Assembly: GCA_965279035.1 (NCBI GenBank)
Contig: OZ257142.1
Span: 416,001-480,000, forward strand
Source: Bacteroidia bacterium
Lineage (GTDB): Bacteria > Bacteroidota > Bacteroidia > M30B66
Direction of reading: 5' to 3'
DNA: 64,000 bases
Part shown: positions 51,637 to 61,418 of the stretch, in pieces
Layout of the letters: every line of letters starts with the position of its first letter
Numbering within the stretch: position 1 is the first letter of the stretch
Made by a program: the position numbers and the translations under genes
Notes under the pieces: generated by a model
Told to the model about the DNA's origin: nothing
Database searches by the model: none
The model's input: the letters and a program-made list of their open reading frames with translations, nothing else

Positions 51637-51900
51637 ATGGCACATAAGAAAGGGGCGGGTAGCTCCAAAAACGGTCGCGAATCGCATAGCAAACGTCTTG
51701 GTGTGAAAATTTTTGGTGGTCAACTGGCAATTGCTGGAAACATCATCATCCGTCAACGCGGAACCAAGCATCATCCAGGCCTTAACGTAGGTATTGGAAA
51801 AGATCACACCTTGTTCGCTCTAGTAGATGGCACGGTAGAATTCAAACGTCGCGGCGACGATAAATCGTTCGTGTCGATTGTTCCTTTCGTAGCAGAATAA
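51637..51900 (+). CDS. rpmA: 50S ribosomal protein L27
   Basis: [24 protein letters not shown]...RQRGT. Confidence 0.98.
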   Translation: MAHKKGAGSSKNGRESHSKRLGVKIFGGQLAIAGNIIIRQRGTKHHPGLNVGIGKDHTLFALVDGTVEFKRRGDDKSFVSIVPFVAE

Positions 51901-51916
51901 TTTAATATTTTAACAT

Positions 51917-51948
51917 AGCCTCTGTATGGAAACGTACAGAGGCTTTTT
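51917..51948 (+). terminator. Rho-independent terminator of rplU-rpmA
   Basis: AGCCTCTGTATG-gaaa-CGTACAGAGGCT followed by a T run. Confidence 0.9.
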
Positions 51949-52029
51949 GCGTTGGAGCGAATTCATTCGTTATCTTATACTTATTAAACTGAACAGGAAG
52001 CCAACATTGAATTAATTCAAATTATCTTT

Positions 52030-52188
52030 TGTTGCATATATTCTGTGGCACAATAAAAAGCAACAGAAAAAAAGCAACAGTTGTGTTACCTTTTTTCTGT
52101 TACCTCTAAAAAAAGCAACAAGAATTATGTAACAGTTTTGTTACCTTTTTTCTGTTACATCTAAAAAAGCAACAAGAATTATGTAACA
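52030..52188. repeat. Phased array of 12 TGTTRC/GYAACA boxes, including a 55/54-nt tandem duplication
   Basis: Boxes start at 52030, 52044 (TGTGGC variant), 52060, 52074, 52084, 52098, 52115, 52129, 52139, 52153, 52169 and 52183; 52076-52130 and 52131-52184 differ by two substitutions and one A. Confidence 0.9.
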
Positions 52189-52283
52189 GAAAAGCCTAGG
52201 CAGATTTGCGAAAGCACCAATTGATTTAATTAGCGTTTCGACTTTTTTATAGAATTATCTGGGGATTGCAAATTCGAAAAAAC

Positions 52284-52318
52284 AAAAAAGCCGCAAAAGA
52301 ACAAGGTCTTATGCGGCT
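52284..52318 (-). terminator. Rho-independent terminator of the mltD-like gene
   Basis: Minus strand AGCCGCA-taagaccttgttcttt-TGCGGCT followed by a T run. Confidence 0.8.
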
Positions 52319-52338
52319 ATAGGTTATTAACAATTCCT

Positions 52339-53928
52339 CTATTTCGTCTTTACCTTAATTTTCATTCCTGTTCGTAAAACAGTTTTGGAGGTAAAGCCAT
52401 TCAACTTCTTGATCTCTGATAAAGTCATTCCATGACTAACAGCTACTTTCCACAGCGTATCTCCCGGACGAACTTTATACGTTGAAACACCTGGCGTCTT
52501 TTTCTCTTTTACCGGTTTCCCAGAATCTTTCGGATTGACTACAGGAGTACTCTCTACTTTTTCTTCAGAACCCTGAGTCGTTGTTTGTACTTCTTCGGCA
52601 GGTTTAATTTCGCTATTTCCTCCGCTTGCCTTTACCGATTGTTCAACCTGAGCGGAATAGGGTGATGTTACTTTTAATCGCTGTCCTCGCTTGAGTTTCG
52701 CGCTCATCAGCTTATTCCACTTTTTGATATCATTCACCGTTACTCCATACTTTCTCGCAACGGCCGAAATGCTCTCTCCCGAACGAACCACGTGGGTTTT
52801 GGATGCAATTGGAAGCGCTCGTTTGATACTCATCAAACTATCCATGCGGCTTTCGCGTGGCGATTTGTAATTGTATATGGTTTCTTCGTTATTAATAAAC
52901 GCAGCCACCTTTCCTTTGGGCAAGGTTAATATATGATGTCCTTCCGTTTCGGGAATAACGCCTAATAAATACGATGGGTTTAAAAAGGCAATGTCTTCAA
53001 CGGGCATGTCCAATACAGCAGAAAGCTGATTGAACGTTAAACGACGATGAATATGTAATGTATCAATCTCATTGAAAATCGCTTTGGGCATAATCGGATA
53101 GAGATTATGCTCTTTCGAATAATTCATCACATAAACCGCTGCAATAAATGCAGGAACATAACCGGCTGTTTCGCGCGGTAAATAAGGGCGTAAATCCCAA
53201 TAGTTTGTTTTTCCACCGGAACGCCGAATGGCTTTATTCACATTTCCCGGTCCGCTATTATAAGCAGCCAAAACCAATGACCAATCTTTATAAATAGAGT
53301 AGAGGTACTTCATGTATAAACACGCGGCTTCGGTCGATTTTATTGGATCGCAGCGCTCATCCACATAACTATTGATGTTGAGCTTAAACAATTTACCTGT
53401 TCCATACATGAACTGCCATAATCCTTGAGCACCAACTCGGGATCGAGCTGCAGGATTTAATGCTGATTCAACAATGGCTAAATATTTTAACTCAAGCGGC
53501 ATTTTATATTTGGCAAGAGTTTCTTCAAATAAGGGGAAATACAATTCCGATAAACCAATCATGCGAGAAACCTGATTGCGTTTACGAATCGAATACATAT
53601 TGATATAGGCTTTCACCTCATCATTGTAAATCAATTTGAATGGAGAAAGCGCATCCATTTTCGCAATGCGTTCGGCAAGAATCTGTGGAGAATAAACAGG
53701 AACCGAATCGGCAGAAAACCCAAAGTTCCCCGGACGGCCAAATTCTCCACCAAAACGAGTTGTTTCGAACAACTTTAAATAAGCTAAACTATCGAGTTGT
53801 GCTGCAATGGGATCATCAGCAAGTAAACGAACGGATGTATCGCGTGCTGAAACATAGGTCCTCTTTTGCGGAAAAACGATGCTTGCCAACAGCAGGAAAA
53901 ATCCAGAAAAGACGACTTTTAAACGCAT
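52339..53928 (-). CDS. mltD: Membrane-bound lytic murein transglycosylase D-like (SLT + two LysM)
   Basis: LAIVESAL, GLWQFM, AAYNSGPG, ET.GYVP; H.VRSGES and YKVRPGDTL LysM starts; likely start ATG 53928 (ORF track 54009). Confidence 0.9.
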   Translation of the reverse strand: MRLKVVFSGFFLLLASIVFPQKRTYVSARDTSVRLLADDPIAAQLDSLAYLKLFETTRFGGEFGRPGNFGFSADSVPVYSPQILAERIAKMDALSPFKLIYNDEVKAYINMYSIRKRNQVSRMIGLSELYFPLFEETLAKYKMPLELKYLAIVESALNPAARSRVGAQGLWQFMYGTGKLFKLNINSYVDERCDPIKSTEAACLYMKYLYSIYKDWSLVLAAYNSGPGNVNKAIRRSGGKTNYWDLRPYLPRETAGYVPAFIAAVYVMNYSKEHNLYPIMPKAIFNEIDTLHIHRRLTFNQLSAVLDMPVEDIAFLNPSYLLGVIPETEGHHILTLPKGKVAAFINNEETIYNYKSPRESRMDSLMSIKRALPIASKTHVVRSGESISAVARKYGVTVNDIKKWNKLMSAKLKRGQRLKVTSPYSAQVEQSVKASGGNSEIKPAEEVQTTTQGSEEKVESTPVVNPKDSGKPVKEKKTPGVSTYKVRPGDTLWKVAVSHGMTLSEIKKLNGFTSKTVLRTGMKIKVKTK

Positions 53929-54090
53929 GCGTATATTGAAACGAATTGAAATTAAACTTAGTACATTGGTTTTGCCGCAGGTTGAATGCAGAAAAGGGCA
54001 ATTGCCCAAACCTAAACGATTTTTGCAAATGAAATGGTGTGTCGAATAGGAAATTCAACACATGCTTGTTCACAAAGAACGACGAATCCC

Positions 54091-55521
54091 TTAAGCGGGT
54101 TCGGCCATTCCTGCCATCAATCTTGCAGAGAATGCGAGAAGTTCTTGGTCATGAAACGAATTTGCCATCACCTGAACACCGAAAGGCAAGCCATTGCTAT
54201 GTTTTCCTAAAGGAAGTGAGATAGCAGGAATACCACATAAGTTTGCTTGAACGGTGTAAATGTCCTCGAGGTACATTTTTATTGGATCGTTGCTTCGATC
54301 GCCCAATATAAATGCTGTTCCGGGTGTGCTTGGAAGCAAAATAAAATCATTTTCATCGAAAATCTCACGGGTACGACTTCTCAAAATCTGACGTACTTTT
54401 TGGGCTTTAGAATAATATGCATCATAATAACCCGAGCTTAAAACGAAGGTTCCGAGCATGATTCTGCGTTTTACTTCTTTCCCAAATCCTTCCGAACGCG
54501 ATAATTTATACGTGCTTTCTAAATCATGCGCATTCTTACTTCGGTAACCGTAATGTATTCCATCGAAACGTGAAAGATTGGACGAAGCCTCGGCGGTTGT
54601 TAAAACGTAATACGTTGGAATTACATAATCCAAATAAGGGAATTCAACCGCATTTACGGTATGACCATCCGCGCGCAACTGCTCAATCAAATCGAGCATG
54701 CGATCACGTATTTCTGGGTCTAGTCCTTCGTTTTCAATATAATCAGGCATATAGGCAATACGGTACTTGCCTGTTGCTTTTAAGTGTTCCGAAAAATGAG
54801 GCGCAGCTTGTTGACGCATCGTTGCATCAAATTCGTCAGGCCCAGCAATAACCTCTAAAATAGCAGCACAATCTTCTACATTATTGGCCAATGGACCAAT
54901 TTGATCAAATGACGAAGCATACGCAATACATCCCCAACGGGAAACCTGTCCATATGTTGGCTTCAACCCAACCACACCGCAAAAAGAAGCTGGTTGTCGA
55001 ATAGAACCACCTGTATCTGAACCTAAAGTAGCTAAACACAATCCTGCAGCAACTGCAGCTGCCGATCCTCCCGAAGAACCTCCGGGTACACGTGTTTTAT
55101 CATATGGATTTTTAACTGGACCAAAGGCTGAATTTTCATTTGAGCTGCCCATGGCAAATTCGTCGCAATTCGTTCGACCAATGATTACGGCATCTTCATC
55201 AATCAATCGTTGAACAACAGTAGCCGTATATATCGATTCAAAGCCTTCTAGAATTTTACTCGATGCAGAAACTTTATGTCCTTTGTAACAAAGATTATCT
55301 TTCAATCCAATCACCATCCCAGCCATCTTTCCGGCTGTTCCGGCTTTCCATTTCTGATCAGCTGCTTGGGCTTGTTTTAAAGCATCTTCTTCGAATACTT
55401 CCAAGAAAGCATTTAAATCAGCTTTTTCTTGAATGGTTTTTAAGTAATGGCGGGTAATCGCCTCGATGGTCGTTGTACCGGCGCTTAATGCAGCTCGGGT
55501 TTCGGCCAGAGATAAATACAT
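54091..55521 (-). CDS. gatA: Asp-tRNA(Asn)/Glu-tRNA(Gln) amidotransferase subunit A
   Basis: DEFAMGSS.ENS, PGGSSGGSAAAV, GSDTGGSIRQPA, EASSNLSRFDG, EVKRRIMLG. Confidence 0.96.
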   Translation of the reverse strand: MYLSLAETRAALSAGTTTIEAITRHYLKTIQEKADLNAFLEVFEEDALKQAQAADQKWKAGTAGKMAGMVIGLKDNLCYKGHKVSASSKILEGFESIYTATVVQRLIDEDAVIIGRTNCDEFAMGSSNENSAFGPVKNPYDKTRVPGGSSGGSAAAVAAGLCLATLGSDTGGSIRQPASFCGVVGLKPTYGQVSRWGCIAYASSFDQIGPLANNVEDCAAILEVIAGPDEFDATMRQQAAPHFSEHLKATGKYRIAYMPDYIENEGLDPEIRDRMLDLIEQLRADGHTVNAVEFPYLDYVIPTYYVLTTAEASSNLSRFDGIHYGYRSKNAHDLESTYKLSRSEGFGKEVKRRIMLGTFVLSSGYYDAYYSKAQKVRQILRSRTREIFDENDFILLPSTPGTAFILGDRSNDPIKMYLEDIYTVQANLCGIPAISLPLGKHSNGLPFGVQVMANSFHDQELLAFSARLMAGMAEPA

Positions 55522-55561
55522 AGGCTTATTGATATTGCAATTCGTTTTTTATTCGTCGAAA

Positions 55562-55729
55562 TTAATCGTTGTTTTTTCCGTCTTTGGCATCCTTAAATTC
55601 TCGAATGCCCTGCCCAATGCCTTTCATCAAACCGGGAATCTTTTTTCCTCCAAAAAGTAACAAAACGCAGCCAACAATGAGCACAATTTGCCAAGGACCA
55701 ACAACACCAAGCAATACAGACAAATTCAT
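55562..55729 (-). CDS. tatA: Twin-arginine translocase TatA/TatE
   Basis: LLLFGGKKIPGLMKGIGQGIREFKDA; likely start ATG 55729. Confidence 0.93.
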   Translation of the reverse strand: MNLSVLLGVVGPWQIVLIVGCVLLLFGGKKIPGLMKGIGQGIREFKDAKDGKNND

Positions 55730-55789
55730 AACAATGAGATTATTCACAAATGTAGTCGTTTCTTGAACCTGATCGACACATAGTAAGGT

Positions 55790-56620
55790 CTACAGATTTC
55801 CTGCTAAACGGTTTTTCTCAACACGAGCGGCAATAAAAATACTGATCTCGTAAAGGATAAAAAGTGGAATGGAAACAATGATTTGACTTGTTACATCTGG
55901 TGGCGTGATCACAGCAGCAACAATCAAAATCACCACATACGAAACTCGACGTATGCTTCTGAGTGATGCTGCTCCAACGAGACCAATTTTTGCTAAAAAG
56001 TAAATGATGATCGGTAATTCGAAAACCAAGCCGCTTCCAAACGTGGTCGTTACCACAGTAGAAATAAAACTATTCAATCCAATTTGATTACTCACCAAAG
56101 CGCTTACTTGATAATTCCCGAAAAAATAAACGCTCATTGGAGTTATAACATAATAGCCAAACGCAATTCCCAAAAGGAAAAGGAATGTTCCCCAGAATAC
56201 AAGTCCGTTTGCGTATTTACGCTCGCTTTGGTACAAGGCAGGTTTGATAAAACGCCAGATTTCCCAAAGTAAATAAGGAAATGCTAAAACAATTCCTGTA
56301 ACAATGGCAATGGTAATATGAGCCGTAAATTGTCCCGACATGCTGATGCTGATCAACTCAAAGTTGAGGTCTCCTAAACAGATACTTTCATCGTTAAATA
56401 ATGCGTGAGAAAGCCAACAAAAGAAACGATACGTAGGAAAATCGGGATATTTGGGAGCTAATAATATTCCGTCGAAAATCAGGTCTTTGTAAATGAAAGC
56501 AAGCGTTCCAAAAACAAAAATGGCAATAGCCGATCGAACCAGATGCCAGCGTAAGGCTTCTAGGTGATCGAGAAAACTCATTTCGTGACCAATTTCTTCT
56601 TCGGGTTGATCGAGTGCCAT
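55790..56620 (-). CDS. tatC: Twin-arginine translocase TatC
   Basis: MSFLDHLEALR, FIKPAL...E, FELP, ITPPD..SQ, LYEISI. Confidence 0.96.
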   Translation of the reverse strand: MALDQPEEEIGHEMSFLDHLEALRWHLVRSAIAIFVFGTLAFIYKDLIFDGILLAPKYPDFPTYRFFCWLSHALFNDESICLGDLNFELISISMSGQFTAHITIAIVTGIVLAFPYLLWEIWRFIKPALYQSERKYANGLVFWGTFLFLLGIAFGYYVITPMSVYFFGNYQVSALVSNQIGLNSFISTVVTTTFGSGLVFELPIIIYFLAKIGLVGAASLRSIRRVSYVVILIVAAVITPPDVTSQIIVSIPLFILYEISIFIAARVEKNRLAGNL

Positions 56621-56627
56621 GGGGCGG

Positions 56628-56635
56628 CAAAGATA
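56628..56635 (-). promoter_or_regulatory. -7 promoter element immediately upstream of tatC
   Basis: TATCTTTG on the minus strand, 7 nt before the ATG. Confidence 0.6.
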
Positions 56636-56679
56636 ACAAGCTCAAGCAATCAAATACTTGAATGCAGCATGTTGATCAA

Positions 56680-57012
56680 TTATTTCAAGCTTTTAAGCAC
56701 ATTGGTATATTCTTCTAGCAAAGCCATGTATTTATCTTTCCAGAATTGAGCCGAATTATTGCCATATCCTTCCTCCGATCCATCAAGAAATAGAAAGCTG
56801 TTTTTTGAATCCGGCTTGAGTTGTTGGACTTTATTGGAAAAATCAACATGAATGATTCTACCTATCTCAATTAAAATATCCAAAGGAACATCTGGCAATA
56901 AGAACTGATTATACAACCACCTTCTGCTCTTATTTAATTTTTTTACGATCCGAGTTAAAGGAACTCCACTGTCTTTAATTGCTTCTTTTAAAAGTTCTCC
57001 TCGGTGTTGCAT
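56680..57012 (-). CDS. XRE/Cro-like helix-turn-helix protein with C-terminal coiled coil
   Basis: HRGELLKEAIKDSG..LTRIVKKLNKSRRWLYN.F HTH pattern; WKDKYMALLEEY tail; likely start ATG 57012. Confidence 0.7.
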   Translation of the reverse strand: MQHRGELLKEAIKDSGVPLTRIVKKLNKSRRWLYNQFLLPDVPLDILIEIGRIIHVDFSNKVQQLKPDSKNSFLFLDGSEEGYGNNSAQFWKDKYMALLEEYTNVLKSLK

Positions 57013-57035
57013 CGGTACAAATCTCCGTCGCACTC

Positions 57036-57074
57036 TGTAAATTATATTTTACATATTGTGCGCACATATGTAAA
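57036..57074. promoter_or_regulatory. Overlapping palindromes, candidate operator between the divergent HTH and trans-sulfuration genes
   Basis: TGTAAA-N6-TTTACA (57036-57053) and TTTACATA-t-TGTGCGCACA-TATGTAAA (57048-57074). Confidence 0.55.
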
Positions 57075-57141
57075 CAAAGTGAGCGCTGCTCTTTCTTTAT
57101 TCCCCTCTATCTTAAAAGCACGATTCATTTACCTTCGCTTC

Positions 57142-58314
57142 ATGCAAGAACAATTTCCTCTTTCAATGATCCTCAACGAACTTGGGGAAAATCGTGAACT
57201 CTATTTCAATGCTGTTTCTCCTGCCATTGCTCAAACATCGAACTTTTGTTTTGCCTCAGTGGCTAACATGCGCCAAGCATTACAAACAGAATTTGAAACA
57301 CCTTTTTACACTCGAGGATTTAATCCAACAGTTGGTATCCTTCGCCAAAAATTAGCTGCTTTAGAAGGAACAGAAGATGCCTTAGTTTGTGGATCTGGAA
57401 GTGCTGCTGTTGCTGTTGCAGTTATGGGAAATCTAAAAGCTGGCGATCATGTAATTTGTGTGCAAAAACCCTATAGTTGGACCTATAAACTCCTCAATGT
57501 TTTGCTTGCCCGTTTTGGAGTTGAAACAACGTTTATCGATGGAACCGAGATCGCTTCGTTTGAACAGGCACTTCAGCCCAATACTACACTCGTTTTTATT
57601 GAAAGTCCCAATTCAATGACTTTCGAATTGCAAGACATACGAGCTGTTGCCGATTTTGCAAAACGAAATCACCTACTGAGCATCATTGATAATTCCTATT
57701 CATCGCCCTTATTTCAACAACCACATTTGATGGGAATTGATCTGGTTGTACACTCTGCAACTAAATATTTGAATGGACATTCGGATGTTGTTGCTGGCGT
57801 TATTTGTGGCAATCGTGAACGGATCCAAAGCTTATTTGCAAACGATTGGATGACGCTAGGTACAGCTATTTCTCCACACGATGCTTGGTTATTGATTCGC
57901 GGATTACGCACGTTGGAAATTCGAGCGGAACGATCGGCCGATACTGCAGAACACATCATTCCGATACTGGAAAATCATCCGAAAATCTCGAAGGTTATAT
58001 GGCCTTTTTCGAAACAACATCCTCAACAAGAACTTGCACGAAAACAAATGAAACGTTGTGCTGGAATGTTCAGCCTTGTTATTCAAACCGATTCTCCTGC
58101 AGGAGTTGAGCGTTTTTGCGATTCATTGAAGCATTTTCTGATCGCTTGTTCTTGGGGTGGTTATGAATCCTTAGTTTTTCCAGTGTGTGGATTAGCAAGC
58201 ACTCCTTCTTACGACAATCCGCTTATGCCTTGGAATTTAGTTCGCGTTTATGTTGGATTAGAAGATGCTCAATTGTTAAAAGACGATCTGCTTCAAGCTT
58301 TAGATCAAGTTTGA
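57142..58314 (+). CDS. PLP-dependent trans-sulfuration enzyme (cystathionine beta-lyase/gamma-synthase family)
   Basis: YTRG.NPT, ESPN, DNS, HSATKYLNGHSD (PLP Lys), SWGGYESL, R..VGLED; likely start ATG 57142. Confidence 0.92.
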   Translation: MQEQFPLSMILNELGENRELYFNAVSPAIAQTSNFCFASVANMRQALQTEFETPFYTRGFNPTVGILRQKLAALEGTEDALVCGSGSAAVAVAVMGNLKAGDHVICVQKPYSWTYKLLNVLLARFGVETTFIDGTEIASFEQALQPNTTLVFIESPNSMTFELQDIRAVADFAKRNHLLSIIDNSYSSPLFQQPHLMGIDLVVHSATKYLNGHSDVVAGVICGNRERIQSLFANDWMTLGTAISPHDAWLLIRGLRTLEIRAERSADTAEHIIPILENHPKISKVIWPFSKQHPQQELARKQMKRCAGMFSLVIQTDSPAGVERFCDSLKHFLIACSWGGYESLVFPVCGLASTPSYDNPLMPWNLVRVYVGLEDAQLLKDDLLQALDQV

Positions 58315-58395
58315 AATCGTATTGACGAAACAAGATCATTTTTTCTGCGTTTCTAATCCTATTCAGGTTGATGCATCCTGTTGTATATTCGTGCC

Positions 58396-60249
58396 ATGAC
58401 CATTTTGCGAAAGCTGTTTCTTTTCCTTTTCATCTTTTCGGGAATTTCTATTCTTGCTCAACCCATAAAGGAAGGTGAAGGTCAACCTTCTACCGAAGAA
58501 CAATTAGCTGGACAGTTTTATACCGAAGGTGCTTGGCAAAAAGCTGCCGATTTGTATGAAAAGCTATATGATCAAGCTCCTGCTGGCTTTTATTATTCTC
58601 AATTAGTAAGTTGTTATTTGAATTTAAAAGACATCAAAGCAGCCGAAAAATTAGTCAATAAACAAATCCGCAAAAACCCAAAGCAGTTGACTTTTCTAAT
58701 TGATCTTGCCTATGTGTATCAGGTAAGTGGAGAAGTGGAGAAGTCGAAAAAGCAATACGAGCGAGCTGTAAAAGAACTCGATCCATCCGACGATAGACAG
58801 GTTACCGATCTAGCAAATGCCTTACAGCAAAGAAAGCAAACTGACTTAGCCATACGGGTGTATGAAGAATCTCGACAAGTGCCAAGAGCGTATAATTTCA
58901 ACATCGAATTAGCCAATCTGTATTCCCAAAAAGGAGAAACAGAGAAAATGCTCAGTCAGTACATCGATTTATTAAATTATTCTGGTGGAGAATACATCGA
59001 GCAAATTCAGGGTAGTTTACAAGATTTGATGGCATCGGACCCATCGGGCGATAAAACAGAAATGCTGCGCGAGCGTTTTTTAAGAGAAGTGCAAAAGAAT
59101 CCCGACAATCTTGTTTTTTCCGATTTGTTGATTTGGATGTTTGTACAAAAAAAGGATTTTGAATCGGCATTGATTCAGGCGAAGGCATTGGATAAACGAT
59201 TGAAAGAACGTGGAGAACGTGTATACAATTTAGCTCGAATTTGCATGAGCAACGACGCGTTTGAAACTGGCAAGAAAGCGTTTCAATACATCATTGAAAA
59301 AGGACCATCGTCTAATTTGTACATCATGGCAAAAAAGGAACTCTCCTTGGAAATGTATCGAAAACTGGCTTCTTCACCTTCTTATACGCCCGCCGAACTT
59401 CAAGAGCTAGAATCCTTATTAGAAAGCACACTCAACGAATTAGGAATTGGTGATCAATCCTACACAGTTGCTATTCGTTTAGCTCATCTGAAAGCGTTTT
59501 TCAAGAATCAACAAACGGAGGCCTTGAGCATTTTAGAACCGCTCATTTTGCCAAGCTCTGGACTTTCTGTAAGAAGCATTAACGAAGTGAAATTGGAGAT
59601 TGCCGATATACAACTGCTTCATGGCGATGTTTGGGAATCAACTTTAACGTATTCTCAAATCGAAAAATCGATGAAGACCGATACTTTGGGACAAGAAGCA
59701 AAGTATCGAAATGCTCGATTAGCGTATTATAAAGGTGAATTTGATTGGGCGAAAGCGCAGTTGGATGTGTTAAAGGCAGCTACATCCAAATTGATTGCGA
59801 ACGATGCTCTTGAATTAAGTTTGTTGATTGGCGATAATCTCGTTTTTGATACTACGGGCGAGGGTTTGAGGATGTTTTCACGTGCTGATTTATGGATTTA
59901 CCAAGGCAAACTCAACGAAGCGCTTTTAACACTCGATTCTTTGGAAGCAGCATTTCCCGCTAGTACTTTATCGGATGATATATTATATCGGAAAGCCACA
60001 ATTGCACTAAGACAAAATAAGTTTGTTGAAGCAGAAAAATTGCTCGACAAGATTGTAATAAGTTATCGAAAAGATATTTTGGCAGATAATGCGCTTTTTA
60101 AACTGGCAGAATTGAACGAGAAACAATTGGGAAATACTGCCAAAGCAATGGATTTGTATAAAGAATTGATGACCGATTTCCCCGGGTCATTGTTTGTTGT
60201 TGAAGCAAGAAAACGTTTTCGAAGTTTAAGAGGAGATACTGTGCAATAA
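58396..60249 (+). CDS. Exported tetratricopeptide-repeat protein
   Basis: Signal peptide (ILA-Q), many TPR-like helices, IANDALEL and FPGSLF..EARKRFR.LRGD tail; likely start ATG 58396. Confidence 0.85.
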   Translation: MTILRKLFLFLFIFSGISILAQPIKEGEGQPSTEEQLAGQFYTEGAWQKAADLYEKLYDQAPAGFYYSQLVSCYLNLKDIKAAEKLVNKQIRKNPKQLTFLIDLAYVYQVSGEVEKSKKQYERAVKELDPSDDRQVTDLANALQQRKQTDLAIRVYEESRQVPRAYNFNIELANLYSQKGETEKMLSQYIDLLNYSGGEYIEQIQGSLQDLMASDPSGDKTEMLRERFLREVQKNPDNLVFSDLLIWMFVQKKDFESALIQAKALDKRLKERGERVYNLARICMSNDAFETGKKAFQYIIEKGPSSNLYIMAKKELSLEMYRKLASSPSYTPAELQELESLLESTLNELGIGDQSYTVAIRLAHLKAFFKNQQTEALSILEPLILPSSGLSVRSINEVKLEIADIQLLHGDVWESTLTYSQIEKSMKTDTLGQEAKYRNARLAYYKGEFDWAKAQLDVLKAATSKLIANDALELSLLIGDNLVFDTTGEGLRMFSRADLWIYQGKLNEALLTLDSLEAAFPASTLSDDILYRKATIALRQNKFVEAEKLLDKIVISYRKDILADNALFKLAELNEKQLGNTAKAMDLYKELMTDFPGSLFVVEARKRFRSLRGDTVQ

Positions 60250-60281
60250 AAAAACGCGCATCCCCGAAAGAATACGCGTTT
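60248..60281 (-). terminator. Intrinsic terminator between convergent genes (stronger on the minus strand, possibly bidirectional)
   Basis: Minus strand AAACGCGTATTC-tttcgg-GGATGCGCGTTT followed by a T run. Confidence 0.75.
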
Positions 60282-60301
60282 CAAATCACAAACCATTTTT
60301 G

Positions 60302-61294
60302 TTAATGAGCTATAATAACCGCTCGGCAAAACCGAACTCCTTTATCATTAATAACTGAGTAAAAGTAGGTTCCAGCTTCTAAGTCTGCAACGCTAGTTTT
60401 CACGGTGTGTACCCCCGGATTTTGCACGCCTAAATCGAACGTTCTAACCAGTTGACCTTTGGGGTTCATTAACTGTACTTTATAATAAGCTGTTTCACTT
60501 AGCTGAAGGTCAATTTGCAGTTCTTCATTGGCAGGATTAGGCATTGCTAATGCTCTTACACCTTGAAATTGCTTACTTGTTTCTAAAATCGAATTGGATG
60601 GTTCTGGCTCAACAACTGGAAAAATTCCAATATTCACATCTAAAGCACCTTGGAAAACAGTGTTTGAAGTAAACCACATGATATCTCCAGCTACATTGGC
60701 TTCATGAAATGCGAAGTTGATACCGAATGCATTGCCTGGTACATCTGTAAAAAAGCCAACAATATCTCCAGCCGTTTTCACTTCCGATAAATCTACTGTA
60801 GCAACCATATTTCCAGGAACAGCAACTGGTGCATCAAAAGCAACATAATTTAAAGAGCCTAATGTGGTGTCGATTTCTTCGAAGAACAATGCTTTACTAG
60901 CCAAAACAACTAAAGAAGGACCATTGGTTGGTTCCAAAGAAACAGGTGATTGAATAATATTGAATGCTCCTGAAGTAGACATACTATGAAGCTTAAATGT
61001 GATTTTAGTATCAGGAACATTGTTTACTCCTTTTTGCTTTGCTCCTATAAAGCTCAAAATCCCAACAATATTAACGGGCGAATCATTCAAATACCCTTGT
61101 CCAATGCCAATGAAATTGTTGTTGGGGTCGTAATTCACACCAAATGCATAACCTCCTTGATACGTTGGAATTGTTACTTGATTGCCGGGAGAAAAATTTG
61201 GTGTATAACCAGTTGTTATTCCAAGTGTATCGCCTGGATCGGCAGATGCACACAGACTAAAAAAAGTTATAGCAAAAAGGAAAAAATGTTTCAT
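60302..61294 (-). CDS. T9SS type-A sorting domain protein of unknown function
   Basis: Signal peptide; C-terminal AMPNPA...L.N.KGQLV...LEAGTYFY type-A CTD. Confidence 0.82.
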   Translation of the reverse strand: MKHFFLFAITFFSLCASADPGDTLGITTGYTPNFSPGNQVTIPTYQGGYAFGVNYDPNNNFIGIGQGYLNDSPVNIVGILSFIGAKQKGVNNVPDTKITFKLHSMSTSGAFNIIQSPVSLEPTNGPSLVVLASKALFFEEIDTTLGSLNYVAFDAPVAVPGNMVATVDLSEVKTAGDIVGFFTDVPGNAFGINFAFHEANVAGDIMWFTSNTVFQGALDVNIGIFPVVEPEPSNSILETSKQFQGVRALAMPNPANEELQIDLQLSETAYYKVQLMNPKGQLVRTFDLGVQNPGVHTVKTSVADLEAGTYFYSVINDKGVRFCRAVIIAH

Positions 61295-61410
61295 ACGTTT
61301 TATTTACTTGTGTTTGCTCAAAGATAACATCCATTAATCTCATAAAATACGCTTATATGATTGCCAAAATAAGAGCAAATGGAAGCATCAAAATACCTGA
61401 TTGGTTCCTG

Positions 61411-61418
61411 TATCTTTG
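61411..61418 (+). promoter_or_regulatory. -7 promoter element of the DUF4286-rsmA-kinase operon
   Basis: TATCTTTG, 4 nt before ATG 61423. Confidence 0.6.

Noticed and set aside
52030-52188. Repeat array as a CRISPR array or a VTEK-type coding repeat
   Set aside because: No unique spacers, no cas genes, mixed box orientation, and a 14-nt period that is not a multiple of 3; kept as an unexplained array
54091-55521. gatA without adjacent gatB/gatC
   Set aside because: Dispersed gat genes and a tatA-gatA-lytic transglycosylase neighbourhood are ordinary in Bacteroidota, as far as I know
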